Counted from the first letter of the stretch, positions 51,340 through 63,393 are shown. The stretch: DNA of 64,000 nt from Mobula hypostoma (GCF_963921235.1 NC_086108.1:14012001-14076000), one strand, 5' to 3'. The notes: generated from the sequence alone by a model not told the origin. Translations and numbers: made by a program.

Positions 51340-52586
51340 ACAAGAAATAATCGCCTAAGAGCAGGCTGGATTCAGAAGTGGAAAAAATATGACAGAACAG
51401 ATATTCAGCCTCTGAGTACTGTGCGAGAAATACAACCAACACCAACAGGACACCTTCCATGTGTTCATAGACTTCAAGAAGGCATTCAATAGGGTGTGGC
51501 ATGATGCACTCTGGGCCAAAATGAAGAGATACAACACGAGCCAGAAGCTGATCCAAATCATCAAGCAGCTCTACACCAAAGCTAGCAGTGTGGTACTTGT
51601 TCAAGGCACAGTTGGAGAGTGGTTCCACACATCAGTTGGAGTCTGACAAGGACGCCTCCTTTCACCCATGCCGTACAATATTTTCTTGGAGCAAGTAATG
51701 ACAGATACCCTGGAAGATCCTATCGGCACAGTCAGTATCAGAGGACAGATCATAACCAACCTTAGGTTCGCCAATGACATTGATGGGCTGGCAGGAGGTG
51801 AGGATGAATTGGCCTGCCTTGTGAACCATCTGGATGATACATCTACCAGATATGGCATGTAGATCAGCCCAGAGAAAACCAAGCTGATGAGAAACAGTGA
51901 GCAGCCTATCACGACAAAAATCACTGTCAGTGGACAAGGACTAGAGACTGTCACATGGTTCAAGTATCTTGGCGCCATCATCAACCAGGAAGGATCAAAG
52001 CCTGAAGTCCTTGCAAGGACAGCCCGGAAAACAGCAATGCTGGCTGAACTAAAACCAATCTGGAGAGGCAATAACATTGCTCTCAGATCTAAGCTGAAAC
52101 TCCTGCATGCACTTGTGCTTTCTGTCTTCTTGTATGCATGTGAATCATGGACTTTGACAGCAGAACTGCAAAAGAAGATCCAGGCAGTAGAAATGAGATG
52201 CTTCAGAGGTTCCTTTGGTATCTCCTATACAGACCATGTCTCAAACGACGAAGTATGAAGGACCATCACCCAGCACATGGGACACTACAAAGATCTACTG
52301 TCCAAAGATCTAAAGAAGAGAAAAATGAGGTGGTATGGCCACATAACAAGATCAAGTGGACTCTCAGAGACCATTCTTCAGGGGATGATGCGGGGGAAAG
52401 GAAAAAAGGGGCAAACAGAGGAAGAAATGGACAAACAACATTGCAGAGTGGACTGGAGAGAGGTTTGCCACAACCCAGGCACTTGCCCACAACCGTGAGA
52501 GATGGAGGCAACTGGTGCAGAGCTCATTGAGTACAGCGTCCCTACGGCCCAGGCGGGTTGCGGAATCCGTAACCATAATCATAACT
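51340..52586 (+). mobile_element. RTE-clade LINE, second family, 5'-truncated, inserted in a Rex1 3' tail
   Basis: EQAGFRSG.., FIDFKKAFNRVWH, ITNLRFANDIDGLAG and FKYLGAII..LYACESWTLTAELQKKIQAVEMRCFR. Tail AACCATAATCATAAC. The host tail (51300-51339) resumes at ~52587. Confidence 0.88.
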
Positions 52587-53105
52587 TACATGTCACCACA
52601 TCCATCCCTCAGGTTTTTCTTCCTGTGGGCGTGCTCCACAAAAAAAAAACAGTAACAGTAAACAGGATCAATGAACAACAAACTGTACAAATACAAATAT
52701 AAATAAATAGCAATAAATAACGAGAGCATGAAATAACAAGATAAAGAGTCCTTAAAGTGAGATCATTGTTTGTGGGAACAGCAGAAATTGAACAAGTGTA
52801 ATTATCCCCCCTTGTTCAAGAGCCTGATGGTTGAGGGGTAGTAACTGTTCTTGAACCTGGTGGTCTGAGTCCTGAGGCTCTTGTACCCTCTACCTGATGG
52901 CAGCAGCGAGAAAATAGCATGGTCTGGGTAGTCAGGTTTTCTGATGATGGATGCTGCTTTTCTATAACAACGTTTCATATAGGTGTGCTCATTGGTTGGG
53001 AGGGCTTTACCCAGTGAATCCACAACCTTTTGTAGGATTTTCCACTCAAAGGCATTGGTGTACCTTTACCAGGCCGTAATGCAGCCAGTCAATACACTTT
53101 CCACC
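52587..53105 (-). mobile_element. Rex1/Babar 3' fragment
   Basis: GKALPTNEHTYMKRCYRKAASIIRKPDYPDHAIFSLLPSGRGYKSLRTQTTRFKNSYYPSTIRLLN. Confidence 0.85.
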
Positions 53106-53116
53106 TCACATCCAGC

Positions 53117-53334
53117 GACTGTAGAGGGAAGGGGCAGAGGCCCTATAGAGAAGGTGGGGGAAGGCTGGAAGCTACCAGCCTTCTCCTTCCCACCCTCCCC
53201 CCACCTTCTTTATAGGGCCTCTGCCCCTTCCCTCTACAGTCCTGACGAAGGGTTTCGGCCCGAAACGTCGACTGATCATTTCCACGGATGCTGCCCGACC
53301 TGCTGAGTTCCTCCAGCATGTTGTGAGTGCTGCC
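53117..53334 (+). mobile_element. PLE pseudo-LTR fragment with an inverted 5' segment
   Basis: 53117-53160 is the reverse complement of 53198-53241 with one mismatch. The hammerhead motif and the shared PLE end follow. Confidence 0.85.
53237..53274 (+). ncRNA. Minimal type I hammerhead ribozyme motif with an intact core
   Basis: CAGTC (stem I), CTGACGA, A, GGGT-TTCG-GCCC (stem II), GAAA, CG, TC (predicted cut after 53269), GACTG (stem I'). Confidence 0.8.
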
Positions 53335-53339
53335 CTGGT

Positions 53340-53766
53340 GTACTCATTCAGGCCCTCAGATGAGTGCTTGAACGCGGCCCAGTCCAGTGACTCAAGGTAA
53401 TCCTGTCACCGCTCCTCAGCCTCCTGCAATCACCCCTTGTTTGTCTTGATCTCTGGAGCCTTGCATTTCGGGCTCTGTCCGTATGCAGGAGGTAGGAGTG
53501 CATCTAAATGATCTAACTTGCCAAAATACAGTCTCAGAAAGGAATGATAGTCATTGCTTATCGTGGTATAGCAGTGATCTAGTGTGCTGGGACCTCAGGT
53601 GCAACAGGTCACATGCTGGTGATAATTGGGCGGGGTTTTCTTCAAACAGGCCTGGTTGAAGTCACTGACTATAATTTGAAATGTGTTGGGATGGGCTGTT
53701 CCTTGCCTGCAGATGACATTCTGCAGTTTTGTGAATGCTTGCCTATAATTGGCTGCTATTGGTATA
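53340..53766 (-). mobile_element. Rex1/Babar EN fragment (3' side of the Tc1 insertion)
   Basis: IPIAANYRQAFTKLQNVICRQGTAHPNTFQIIVSDFNQACLKK continues ..FVILTTVY from 61539 onward. Confidence 0.8.
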
Positions 53767-54106
53767 CGGCCCCACCCCCCCACCCGATCATGTTTTGATG
53801 TTTTACAACATTGAATCACAGCGGATTTAATTTAGCTTTTTTTGACACTTAAAAAGACCCTTTTGTGTTGTAATGAAAACATCGCAACAAAGTGATCTAA
53901 ATTAATTACAATATAAAACACAAAATCATTGATTGCATAAGTATTCACCCCATTTAATATGACACACCAAATCATCACTGGAGCAGCCAACTGGTTTTAC
54001 AAGTCACGTAATTAGTTAAATGGAGATCATCTGTGTGCAATCAAGGTGTTTCAATAGATTGTAGTAAAAATACACCTGTATTGGGAGGGTCCAACTGCTG
54101 GGGTAA

Positions 54107-54162
54107 GGGCTGATGGGCTGATGGGCTGATGGGCTGATGGGCTGAAGGGCTGAAGGGCTGAA
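54107..54162. repeat. 8-bp tandem repeat (GGGCTGAT/GGGCTGAA) x7 in the LINE 5' UTR
   Basis: Read directly from the sequence: four GGGCTGAT units then three GGGCTGAA units. Confidence 0.9.
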
Positions 54163-57100
54163 CACTGGCTTTGGGACAATTGCTGTGTATGGAACTGCTG
54201 GGGTGTTGTGGGGGACATTCTGTGGGAATATTGACTGACGGCCTGTATAGGTCCGGAGTGATATTCACACATGGTTTCTTGCAAACTCTGATAGGATGGC
54301 AGGGAGGGAGACTGATGGTGACAGCAATAGCAAAGAGTTTGAGTGGGGAGAGGGACTCAGAACAGGAAGGTGATGGGTCGGAAGAGAAAGAAAAGAGGTG
54401 GGTCTAGTGCAGGTGGATCGGAAAGTGAGGGAAGAGAAGTTGAGGAGAAGGGCCCGAGGGCAAAATTGCTAAATGTAGTGGTAAGATTTGAGGGGGAAGG
54501 GGGAGTAAAGAAAACCGATCTGCTTTAGCTAACAAAAATCATCAGAGGACAAGTAGGGGAAGTGAGCCACGTGAGAATTTTAGGAGATGGAAACCTGCTG
54601 ATAGGATGTAAAACTGAAGAGCAGATGGAGAAGGCAATGAAGGTGACTAATGTTGGGAAAGTCGAAGTGTCCAGGGTTGTAAGAGTTGGAGCACAAAGGG
54701 TCAATGGTTGCAAGGGGGTGATCTCCAGGTTTCCCCTCAGTGTTAATATGAAGGAGCTAGTGGAGAACTTGAGGGTGAGGAATGGTTCAGTGAAGAGTGT
54801 GAAAAGAATGACAAGGGGAGCAGAGAAAAGGAGACTGAAACTGTTCTGGTAGAATTTGAGGATAAGGTGCCTCCAAAGGAGTTATATTTTGGATTTCTAA
54901 GATACAATGTAAGAGAATATATACCAGAACCTATGAGGTGTTTCAATTGCCAGGAGTTTGGGCATGTGGCCAAAGTGTGCAAAGGAAAGAGAAGATGTGC
55001 AAGGTGTGGTGGGGAACATGAATACGGAAAACGTGGAGAGGGAGTGAGGCCAAAGTGCTGTAATTGTGGAGGTAACCGTAGTGTAGCATACTGGGGGTGT
55101 GAAGTGTTGAAAAAAGAGTTGGAGGTGCAGCAGATACGGGTGAAGGAAAAAGTCTCATATGCTGAGGCAGTCAAGTTGGCAGGACAGAAGAAATTGAATG
55201 AGGGAGAATGTAGCAAAGAGCAAATGGCAAGATAAGAATGTATGGATAGAGAAGAAGAAATTGGTGACCTTTATAGCAGGAGTGGTAAACGCAAGTAAAT
55301 GGGAAGAAGTAAACAATGAACTCAGGGTACAGTCAAGTCAAGAGGCAGTATGTGTGGGTTGATATTACTAATAATGCTACTTCTTCAATGGAATGCAAGA
55401 AGCCTGATTGCTAATGGACAAGATTTCAAGCAGCTTATAGCTAGTAGGAGAGATAAGACAGATATTGTGTGTATCCAGGAGACCTGGTTAAAACCTAATT
55501 TGGATTTATATGGTTATGTGGCAGTAAGGTGAGACAGGAGAGAGGGGGGAGTAGGAGGACGTGCAACTTATGTAAAGCAAGGTATTCCTTATAGAATACT
55601 AGGTATAGGAAGTAAACAAGAGTATGTGGTAGTAAAAGTATGGGCTGAAAGGAAAGAGTTGGTGATTGTGAATTAATATAATCCATGCAAAAGACTAGAG
55701 TTAAACAAGCTTGAGGAGATAGAAGGGCAGAATAGTAGTAACGTTGTTTGGTGTGGTGATTTTAATGGACATAATGTATTATGGGGGAGTGACAGAACAG
55801 ACATCAATGGTCAGGTAATAGAGGAGTTGCTAGATGAGAAGTATTTAGTATGCCTAAATGATGACAGTAGTACTAGAATTGATGTTAATACAGGTAAAGA
55901 ATCTGTGCTTGATCTTACATTAGTATCAAACACCATTGCATCAGTGTGTGATTGGTTAGTATACCAAGAAGGAACTGTAAGGAGTGATCATTACCCAATC
56001 TGGTGCAAGATAAATATTTCTGCCTCATTGGTCACAAAGAATACAGGTGGGAAATGGATCCTTGAGAAAGCCAATTGGGAGAAATTTCTGGAAAAAAATT
56101 GATAGATAGCTAAGTCAGGTCAGTGATGGAATGGACATAGAAACACTTGACAGCATATTAAAACAAGGTATAATATCAGCTGCATTAGAATCCATTCCTA
56201 AAAGTAAAGGAAGAATAAAGAAGTGAGTAATACCATGGTGGGATGATAATTGAAAGGAAGCAGTGAGAAATAGAAATAAGGCATTTAAACTGGTTAAAAG
56301 AACTCAACTTCCAACATATGATTCAGTACAAACAAGCTCAGGCAGTAGTAAGGAGGACAATAAGACATGCTAAAAGGACGCACTGGAGAAAGTATTGTGA
56401 TTTAATCAGGAACACAACTCAAGTAGGGGAGGTGTGGGGGATGATAAAAAGGACAGGACGGGACAGGAGAGGGTGGAGGTGCCCAGCTCTGGTTGATGGA
56501 AATGTGACTGCAGTAACAAATAAGGAAAAGGCAGAGTTGTTGGCAAACACTTTTGTTACGGTACATAGTTCCCATAATTTGTCTGAGAAGGGAAGAAGAG
56601 GTAGAGAGAGAACAAAAGCTGAAAGCATGGAGGCTTTATGTTGGAAAACTAACCTTGACGGTGTGCGAGATGTTCCTTTCAGCATGGGAGAATTAAGAAA
56701 GGCACTAGATAAAACAGGAAAGACTGCGCCGGGTAAAGATGAAATGTGTTATAGTATGATAAAACACTTGAGTGAAGGAAGTCTGGAGAAACTACTGCTT
56801 CTGTATAACAAAGTCTGGGATGAAGGGAGAATATCAGGGAGCTGGAAAGAGGCAATAATTATTCCAATAAGGAAATCTGGGAAAGATGCCAGCAGGCCAG
56901 GAAACTACAGGCCAATTGCCTTGACGTCACGTATGTAAACTTATGGAACGTATGATAAATGAGAGGTTAGTGTACTTCTTGGAAAGCAGAGGTATGGTGG
57001 CTACGTATCAAAGCGGGTTCAGGAAAGGAAGGAATACTATGGATCCAGTGTTGTGTCTAGAGGATGAAATAAGAAAAGCTCAAGTAAATAAAGAGACAGT

Positions 57101-57205
57101 GGTTGCAGTTTTATTTGATGTTGAGAAAGCTTATGATATGTTATGGAAAGAGGGGCTCCTAATCAAGCTACATTTAATGGAAATCGGGGTGGGGGCGATG
57201 TTCAA

Positions 57206-58295
57206 GCAACACACATAAAAGTTGCTGGTGAACGCAGCAGGCCAGGTAGCATCTCTAGGAAGAGGTGCAGTCGACGTTTCAGGCCGAGACCCTTCGTCAG
57301 GACTCTTTAGACAATGGCCTGGTGCTCCTTAGTGGGGTCACGATCGGGGGGTAAATAAGAGGAGGTATCCGCGAGTTGTCACTGTGCCTCGGCAAGGTAG
57401 AGGTCAGTACGCCAGACTACAACAGCACCCTCCTTATCAGCGGGTTTAATAATAAGGTTAGGATTACTGCGGAGGGAGTGGAGAGCAGAGCGTTCCGAAG
57501 GAGTGAGGTTGGAATGGGGACAAGGTGCGGTGAAGTCGAGACGGTTGATGTCCCGTCGGCAGTTAGCGATAAAGAGATCCAGAGCAGGCAGAAGACCAGA
57601 GCGGGGTGTCCATGAAGAAGAAGAGGGTTGAAGACGGGAGAAGGGGTCATCGGTGGGGGTGGAAGAGTCCTTGCCGAAGAAGTAGGCTTGGAGACGGAGA
57701 CGGCGGAAAAAAAGTTCCACATCATGGCGAACATGGAACTCGCTGAGGTGTGGGCGAAGGGGGACAAAGGTGAGGCCCTTACTGAGGACAGCGCTCTGCC
57801 TCCGACAGTTGAAGGCCGGAGGGGATGGTAAAGACCCGGCACGGATGAGAGCTGGGATCAGAGGGGGCAGGGGGGAGGCTGGGGGTGTCAATGGAGAGGG
57901 GAGGGTTGGGGTCTCTGATGGAGCCTCTGAGGACCCAGGAGCTGACGATGGGATCTGAAGGAGATGGGATTGCAGAGTATTGGTCGGGGAAGGGGAGACG
58001 GGAGTCACAATAGCAGCACATAAAGACCCGGCCTGGAGTTCAAGGCTGGAATCTTGAGAGCTGGGATCAGAGGGGGGAGGGGAGAGGCTGAGGGTGTCAG
58101 TGGAGAGGGGATGGTTGGGGTGAGAGGAAGATGGAGCCTCTGAGGGCCCAGGAGCTGACAGTGGGATCTGAGGGAGATGGAGTTGCAGAGTGGTGGTGGG
58201 GGAAGGGGAAACAGGAGTCACAATAGCAGCACATAAAGACCCGGCCTGGAGTTCAAGGCTGGAGTCGCAGTTGGTGGTTGCGCAATCACTTCGAA
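57206..58295 (-). mobile_element. Penelope-like element, internally deleted, inserted in the Nimb RT
   Basis: 16-bp TSD TGGGGGCGATGTTCAA at 57190-57205 and 58296-58311. The ORF has VLSKGLTFVP..FFRRLRLQAYF..SNLTPSERSALHSLRSNPNLIIKPADKEGAVVVW (PLE pre-RT region). There is a ~209-bp internal tandem duplication, and the ORF is joined directly to the hammerhead-bearing end. Confidence 0.92.
57268..57304 (-). ncRNA. Minimal hammerhead ribozyme motif with an intact core
   Basis: Minus strand AGTC-CTGACGA-AGGGTCTCGGCCT-GAAA-CG-TC-GACTG. Confidence 0.75.
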
Positions 58296-60326
58296 TGGGG
58301 GCGATGTTCAATTGGGTTAAGGACTTTTTAAACGGGAGAACTATTCAGGTGAAGATAGGATCAGAGCTATCAAGCCAGTATGTTGTAGAAAACGGGATGC
58401 CTCAGGGGAGTGTAGTGAGTCCAACTTTATTCTCCATTTTGATAAATGATATATTTGTAAATATTCCAATGGAAGTGGGGAGGTCATTGTTTGCAGATGA
58501 AGAGGTGTGGAAAAGAGGGAGAAATATTGAACATATAGTTGCGAAAGTGCAAGATGGAATTAATCAAGTTGGGGAACAAAATGGGATATTAAATTTTCAG
58601 TGGAGAAGACAAAAGCCATGTTCTTTACAAGGAAAAAGTTCAGGGGACTTAATTTGAATCTGTATGGAAGTAACCTGGAGAGAGTTGAAAGTTTTCAGTT
58701 TTTGGGAGTGCACTTTGACTTGAGATTAATATGGAAAGAACATGTTAGATATGTAGTTACTAAATGTAAAAATGTGATAAATGTCATGAGGTGTCTTGCT
58801 GGATTGGAATGGGGCGCTGATTTTGCATCACTGAAGTATATTTATGTAGCATTAATAAGATCAAGATTAGACTATGGAGGTATTCTATACAGGTCAGCAG
58901 CAAAATCTGTGCCAGCAGAACTGGATATCGTACAAGCTCAGGCTCTGAGGGTGTGCTTGGGAGCGGTTAGAACTTCCCCAGTGTGTGCACTCCAAGTTGA
59001 AGCAAATGAAATGTCATTGGGGCTGTGGCGTAAACAGCTGGAGGCCAATTACTGGATTAATTTAAGGGGGCATGGTGATAGCCATCCTACAAAAAGGGTG
59101 TTGCAGACATGCTGAGAGAAGGAGAGGACACAAAAAGAAAGTGTTGGCTTGACAGGACAGCAAACAGCAAAAGATATGGGTGTATACGATAAAGAGTTTT
59201 GTCCAAGTGTAGTGTGGCCTGTCAGATCTTTCTGGGTATTAGAAAATCCCTCTGTAGATTTGGAATTACTTAAGATTAAATACAGTAATAAGACGGCTGA
59301 TATACTCAGTGAATATCATAGTTATAGGGAACGTAACATACAGATTTTTATGGATGAGTGGATCAAAGGATCCAGGAACAGGTGCAACAGGGTCTGCAAT
59401 TGTCGTGCCAAGTTATCAAGTGGAAATTAGCAAGAGAACACCTGATTGCTTGAGCGTATATGCAGTTGAAATGTTTGCCATATTGTTAGCACTAGAATGG
59501 AGTGCGCAGGTTGATTGTAATACTATTGTGATATATAACGATTATGTATCGGCCCTTGCAAGCATTAAGACGGGTACAGCTAGAGGTCATCAGGATCTGC
59601 TTTATGAAATCCTGTTTGCAAATTCAAGACTGGCTAGACAAGGCAAAAATATCGCATTCATGTGGGTTCCAGCACATTCGGGTATCATGGGAAATGAGAC
59701 AGCAGACGGGCTGGCAAAAGCAGCAGTCGAAAAAAAGGATCTGTAGAGGTCAATATTAAACTATCAAAATCAGAGGGGAAGAACATAGTGTGGAGAAGGA
59801 TAAATCAACAGCGGCAGCAGCATTGGGATAGAGCAATAAAAGGAAGACATTTACATTCAATTCAGAACAGAGTAGATATGGGAAGAAGTAGGGGAGTAAG
59901 TAATTATAAGTAGACTGAGAATTGGGCACAATTGCCTCTGGCACTCTGGCCATCATAAATAAGCATCCAACAGGTTTTTGCGATCTATGTCAGGAGACTG
60001 AAACAGTAGAGCAAATCCTTATTTCATGCAGGAAATTTGCACGGGAAAGGCAACAAATGTTACAACAATTACACAAAATAGGACTGGTAGAGAACAGTGT
60101 TAATGGTTTATTGGAATGTGGGGAGAGTGATCAGGGGAGGAAATTGTTGTTTAGTTTTTTAAGGGCGACGGGACTGGAAAGACGGCTTTAAAGTGAATGG
60201 ACAATGAGGGACAACAAATCCTGAAGATGGCAGTAATGCAACAGTGTGGATGCCAACTGCTGTAAAAACTCAAGAAGGAAGAAGAAGAAGGTCAAACTGC
60301 TGGTGAGTTAGTATCCTGGCTGTACC

Positions 60327-61335
60327 ATGAAGACAAAAGAACACTCTAAGCAACTTCTTGAAGAAGTTATTGAAAAATACAAGGCTGGAGATGGATATAA
60401 GAAAATTTCCAAGTCACTGAATATCCCTTGGAGTACAGTTAAGTCAATCATCAAGAAATGGAAAGAATATGGCTCAGCTGTACATCTGCCTAGAGTAGGC
60501 CATCCTCAAAACCTGAGTGACTGTGCAAGAAGGGGACCAGTGAGGGAGGCCACCAAGAGACCTATGGCAACCCTGGAGGAGCTGCAAACTTTAGTGGCTG
60601 AGATGGGAGAGACTGTGCATATAACAACTGTTGTCTGGTTGCTTCACTAGTCACATCTTTATGGGAGAGTGGTCACTGTTGGAAAAAACTCACATGAAAT
60701 CTCATCTAGAGTTTGCCAGAAGGCACGTGGGAGACTCTGAAGTGAACTGGAAGAAGGTTCTCTGGTCTGATGAAACCAAAAGTGAGTTTTTGGCCATCAG
60801 ACTAAACAATATGCTTGGTGTAAGCCAAACACTGCACATCACCAAAAAATACCAACCCTAGCATGACGTATGGTGGTGCCTGCATCATGCTGTGGGGATG
60901 TTTCACTGCAGCAGGCCCTGGAAGGCTTGTGAAGGTAGAGGGTAAAATGAATACAGCAAAATACAGGGAAATCCTGGAGGAAAACCTGATGCAGTCTGCA
61001 AGAGAACTGCGACTTGAGAGAAGATTTCTTTTCCAGCAAGACAATGACCTCAAGCATAAAGCTAAAGCTATACTGGAATGGCTTAAAAACAACAAAGTTA
61101 ATGTCCTGGAGTGGCCAAGTCAGAGTCCTGACCTCAATCCAATTAAGAATTTTGGCTAGACTTGAAAAAAGGCTGTTCAATCATGATCCTATGCAATCTA
61201 AAGAACTTGAGCAGTTTTGTAAAGAAGAATGGGGGATAAATTGTAGTGTCTAGATGTGCAAAACTGATAGAGACCTATCCACACAGATTCAAGGCTGTAA
61301 TTGCTACCAAAGGTGCCTCTACTAAATACTGGCTT
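60327..61335 (+). pseudogene. Tc1 transposase pseudogene (DD34E type)
   Basis: MKTKEHSKQL..GYKKISKSLNIPWSTVKSIIKKWK (paired-like HTH), VLWSDETK, FQQDNDLKH, WPSQSPDLNPIKN (catalytic E reads K) and AVIATKGASTKY; frameshifted. Confidence 0.92.
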
Positions 61336-61538
61336 GAAGGGGTGAGTAATTATTTTGTGTTTAATAATTGTAATAAATTTAGACCAATTTCTAGAAAATT
61401 GTTTTCACTTTGGCATGAAAGAGTCTTTTCTGTTCATCAGCATCAAAAAGCCAAATCATATCCACTGTGATTCAATGTTGTAAAACATGAATACTTCTGG
61501 GGCGGGGTGGGAGAGTTGAGTACTTTTTATGGGCACTG

Positions 61539-62050
61539 TAAACTGTGGTCAGGATCACGAATGAGAACTCCTGAGGCAAATAGAATGGTTTGCATTTGAT
61601 CGTTAAGTGCTCTAAGTCAGGGGAACAAGAACTCGACATAACCCCCAAGTCCAAACACCAAAGAAATTGAATAAAAAGCACACATCGCCACCTTTTTCCT
61701 TACCCGGGTGTGCAGTTTGATCTATCCTGAAAATCATAAAACATTCTGCTCTGACCACCATTGAGAGCCAAGTCTCAGGGCAACAAGCAATTGAGATGTG
61801 CTTCATCTAGAGATCATCAATCTCATTTTCCAGTAACTGCACATTTGCCAGCAAGATTCTAGGTAGACAAGGACTCGTCCCTCTGTGATTCAGCTTGGTT
61901 TGAATTCCACTTCTCAAGCCTCGTCTTCAGCCATGGCGTTGACCCTTAAAGGTGCTGCACTTAACTGCTCCGCATTTAATTGTCGATCATGAGATCTGAA
62001 GATCACTGATGTAATTTTGTAGTCTGTTAAGAGGAAATTTGTATGCTGCA
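61539..62050 (-). mobile_element. Rex1/Babar 5'/EN fragment (5' side of the Tc1 insertion)
   Basis: CCPETWL..FRIDQT..GKEKGGDV and CSPDLEHLTIKCKPFYLPQEFSFVILTTVY. Confidence 0.8.
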
Positions 62051-62529
62051 GATTGTGGTGAAAGTAACCCAGAAGAAGTATATTGCCCATGTAGTGACTT
62101 TGGTCAAAATGATTTTAGATCTTCTATATCAAGAAAGTATTGCCTAGAATTGTTATGCCTTCCTGTCCAGCATTAAACAAGTGCTGTGCACATCTCTATT
62201 CAGTCAGATCTAATTAAAAGATCTTGAAATACTTTTTAAAAACGTGCTTAAACAGGGTTATTGGAGTTCCTGTGGAAAACAAATCAGTACTTAAAAGTTC
62301 TCTCCCAATGCAGCTATAGCATGGCTACAGAAAGGTGACTCTTGAAGGAGTGGAAAAATGTGGAGTCACAGCACTCTCCAGTGTGTCTGGTCTGACCAGT
62401 TTCCACACCTCCCCCTCTGCTATCAGGGATGTTGTATGTTGGATGTTGCATATTACATTGGACCAAGGAGACAGACTTTGTTCCACATGTCCAAGCTGAC
62501 TACCGAGTATTTATCTATACTAATCCCAA

Positions 62530-63380
62530 TTACCAACCCTTGGTTCATCACTTGCAATGTTTTGACAATTTAACTGCTCCTCCAGATTTTCTTAAAATTG
62601 TGAGTATACATGCCTTCTCCCATGGTGAGTTCCAGATTGCAAACACCCTCAAGTGGAAAAGCTCCAATTTCCCTAAACCTCTCACTCCTCACCTTACACT
62701 TTTACCTTCTGGTCTTAGACACCTCAGACATGGGGAAATGTGCTTCACTATCTGCCCTATCCATGCCTCTCATAAACTTTGTACATCTTCACTGGGTTCT
62801 CTCTCTGCCTCCTCCACTGCATGGTAAAGAAACTCAGCCTTCATAACTGCATCCCAGGCAATATCCTGGTGAATCTTGCTGTTCTGGAAAGGGTTCATTC
62901 AGGTCCCTCCTATAATGTAGCGATCAGAACTGCACACAGTACTTCTGGTAGGTCCACACTAATGTTTTGTAAATGCCCTCTGTTCTTGTAGTCGAGTGCT
63001 TTGCCCAGTGAAGGCAAACAGCCTGTGTTCTGTCATCTTCTCTATCTGTGCTGCCACCTTCAGGACTTTTTATTCTTGTACATCAAGGTTCATTTATTCT
63101 TCAATTTTGCTCAGTTCCCTACTGTTCATGATGTGTGACTCATCCGTATTAACACTTTAAAATGCATGGCCTCACACCTACCGGGATTAATTTCCATTGT
63201 TCCACACAACTTCCCAATGACCAAAATTATTTTCCTCCTCATTCTCAAAAATGTTCAGGTCATCTTCAAAATTATTAATCATATTAATCACCGATGTATG
63301 CAACAAACACACGAGTCCCACGACTAATCTCTGTCATCCACAGCTGGTTACAAACTTCCAGTCATAAAGATACCTTCCTC
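62530..63380 (-). mobile_element. Old CR1 3' fragment
   Basis: The plus strand shows the typical antisense CR1 pattern (CCCAGGCAATATCCTGGTGAATCT..GATCAGAACTGCACACAGTACT). Confidence 0.65.
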
Positions 63381-63393
63381 CACCTCCCATTAT

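Larger units (their letters stand above)
54102..60289 (+). mobile_element. Near-full-length Nimb/I-group LINE (gag-like ORF1; APE-RT-RNase H-CCHC ORF2), decayed
   Basis: ORF1 knuckles CFNCQEFGHVAKVC, CARCGGEH and CCNCGGN. EN LQWNARSL..DIVCIQETWLKP..SDHYPI. RT GNYRPIALTS..QSGFRKGR..FDVEKAYD..PQGSVVSPTLF..LFADE. RNase H WVPAHSGIMGNETADGLAK and C-terminal CDLCQETETVEQILISC. (GAA)n tail. TSD GGTC(C/A)AACTGCTGG at 54088-54101 and 60290-60303. Confidence 0.9.
53767..61538 (+). mobile_element. Tc1-family DNA transposon (~1.6 kb native), split by a 6.2-kb LINE
   Basis: Long inverted termini: ATGTTTTACAACATTGAATCACAGCGGAT at ~53798 versus ATCCACTGTGATTCAATGTTGTAAAACAT at ~61460. The right end is ...TTTTTATGGGCACTG|TA. 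The outer left end is damaged. Confidence 0.9.

Noticed and set aside
57379..58311. Longest ORF (310 aa) as a host gene
   Set aside because: Apart from its start codon, which comes from the TSD itself, it lies within a TSD-bounded PLE and carries PLE motifs.
60327..61335. Active or domesticated Tc1 transposase
   Set aside because: Multiple frameshifts and the catalytic Glu is replaced by Lys.
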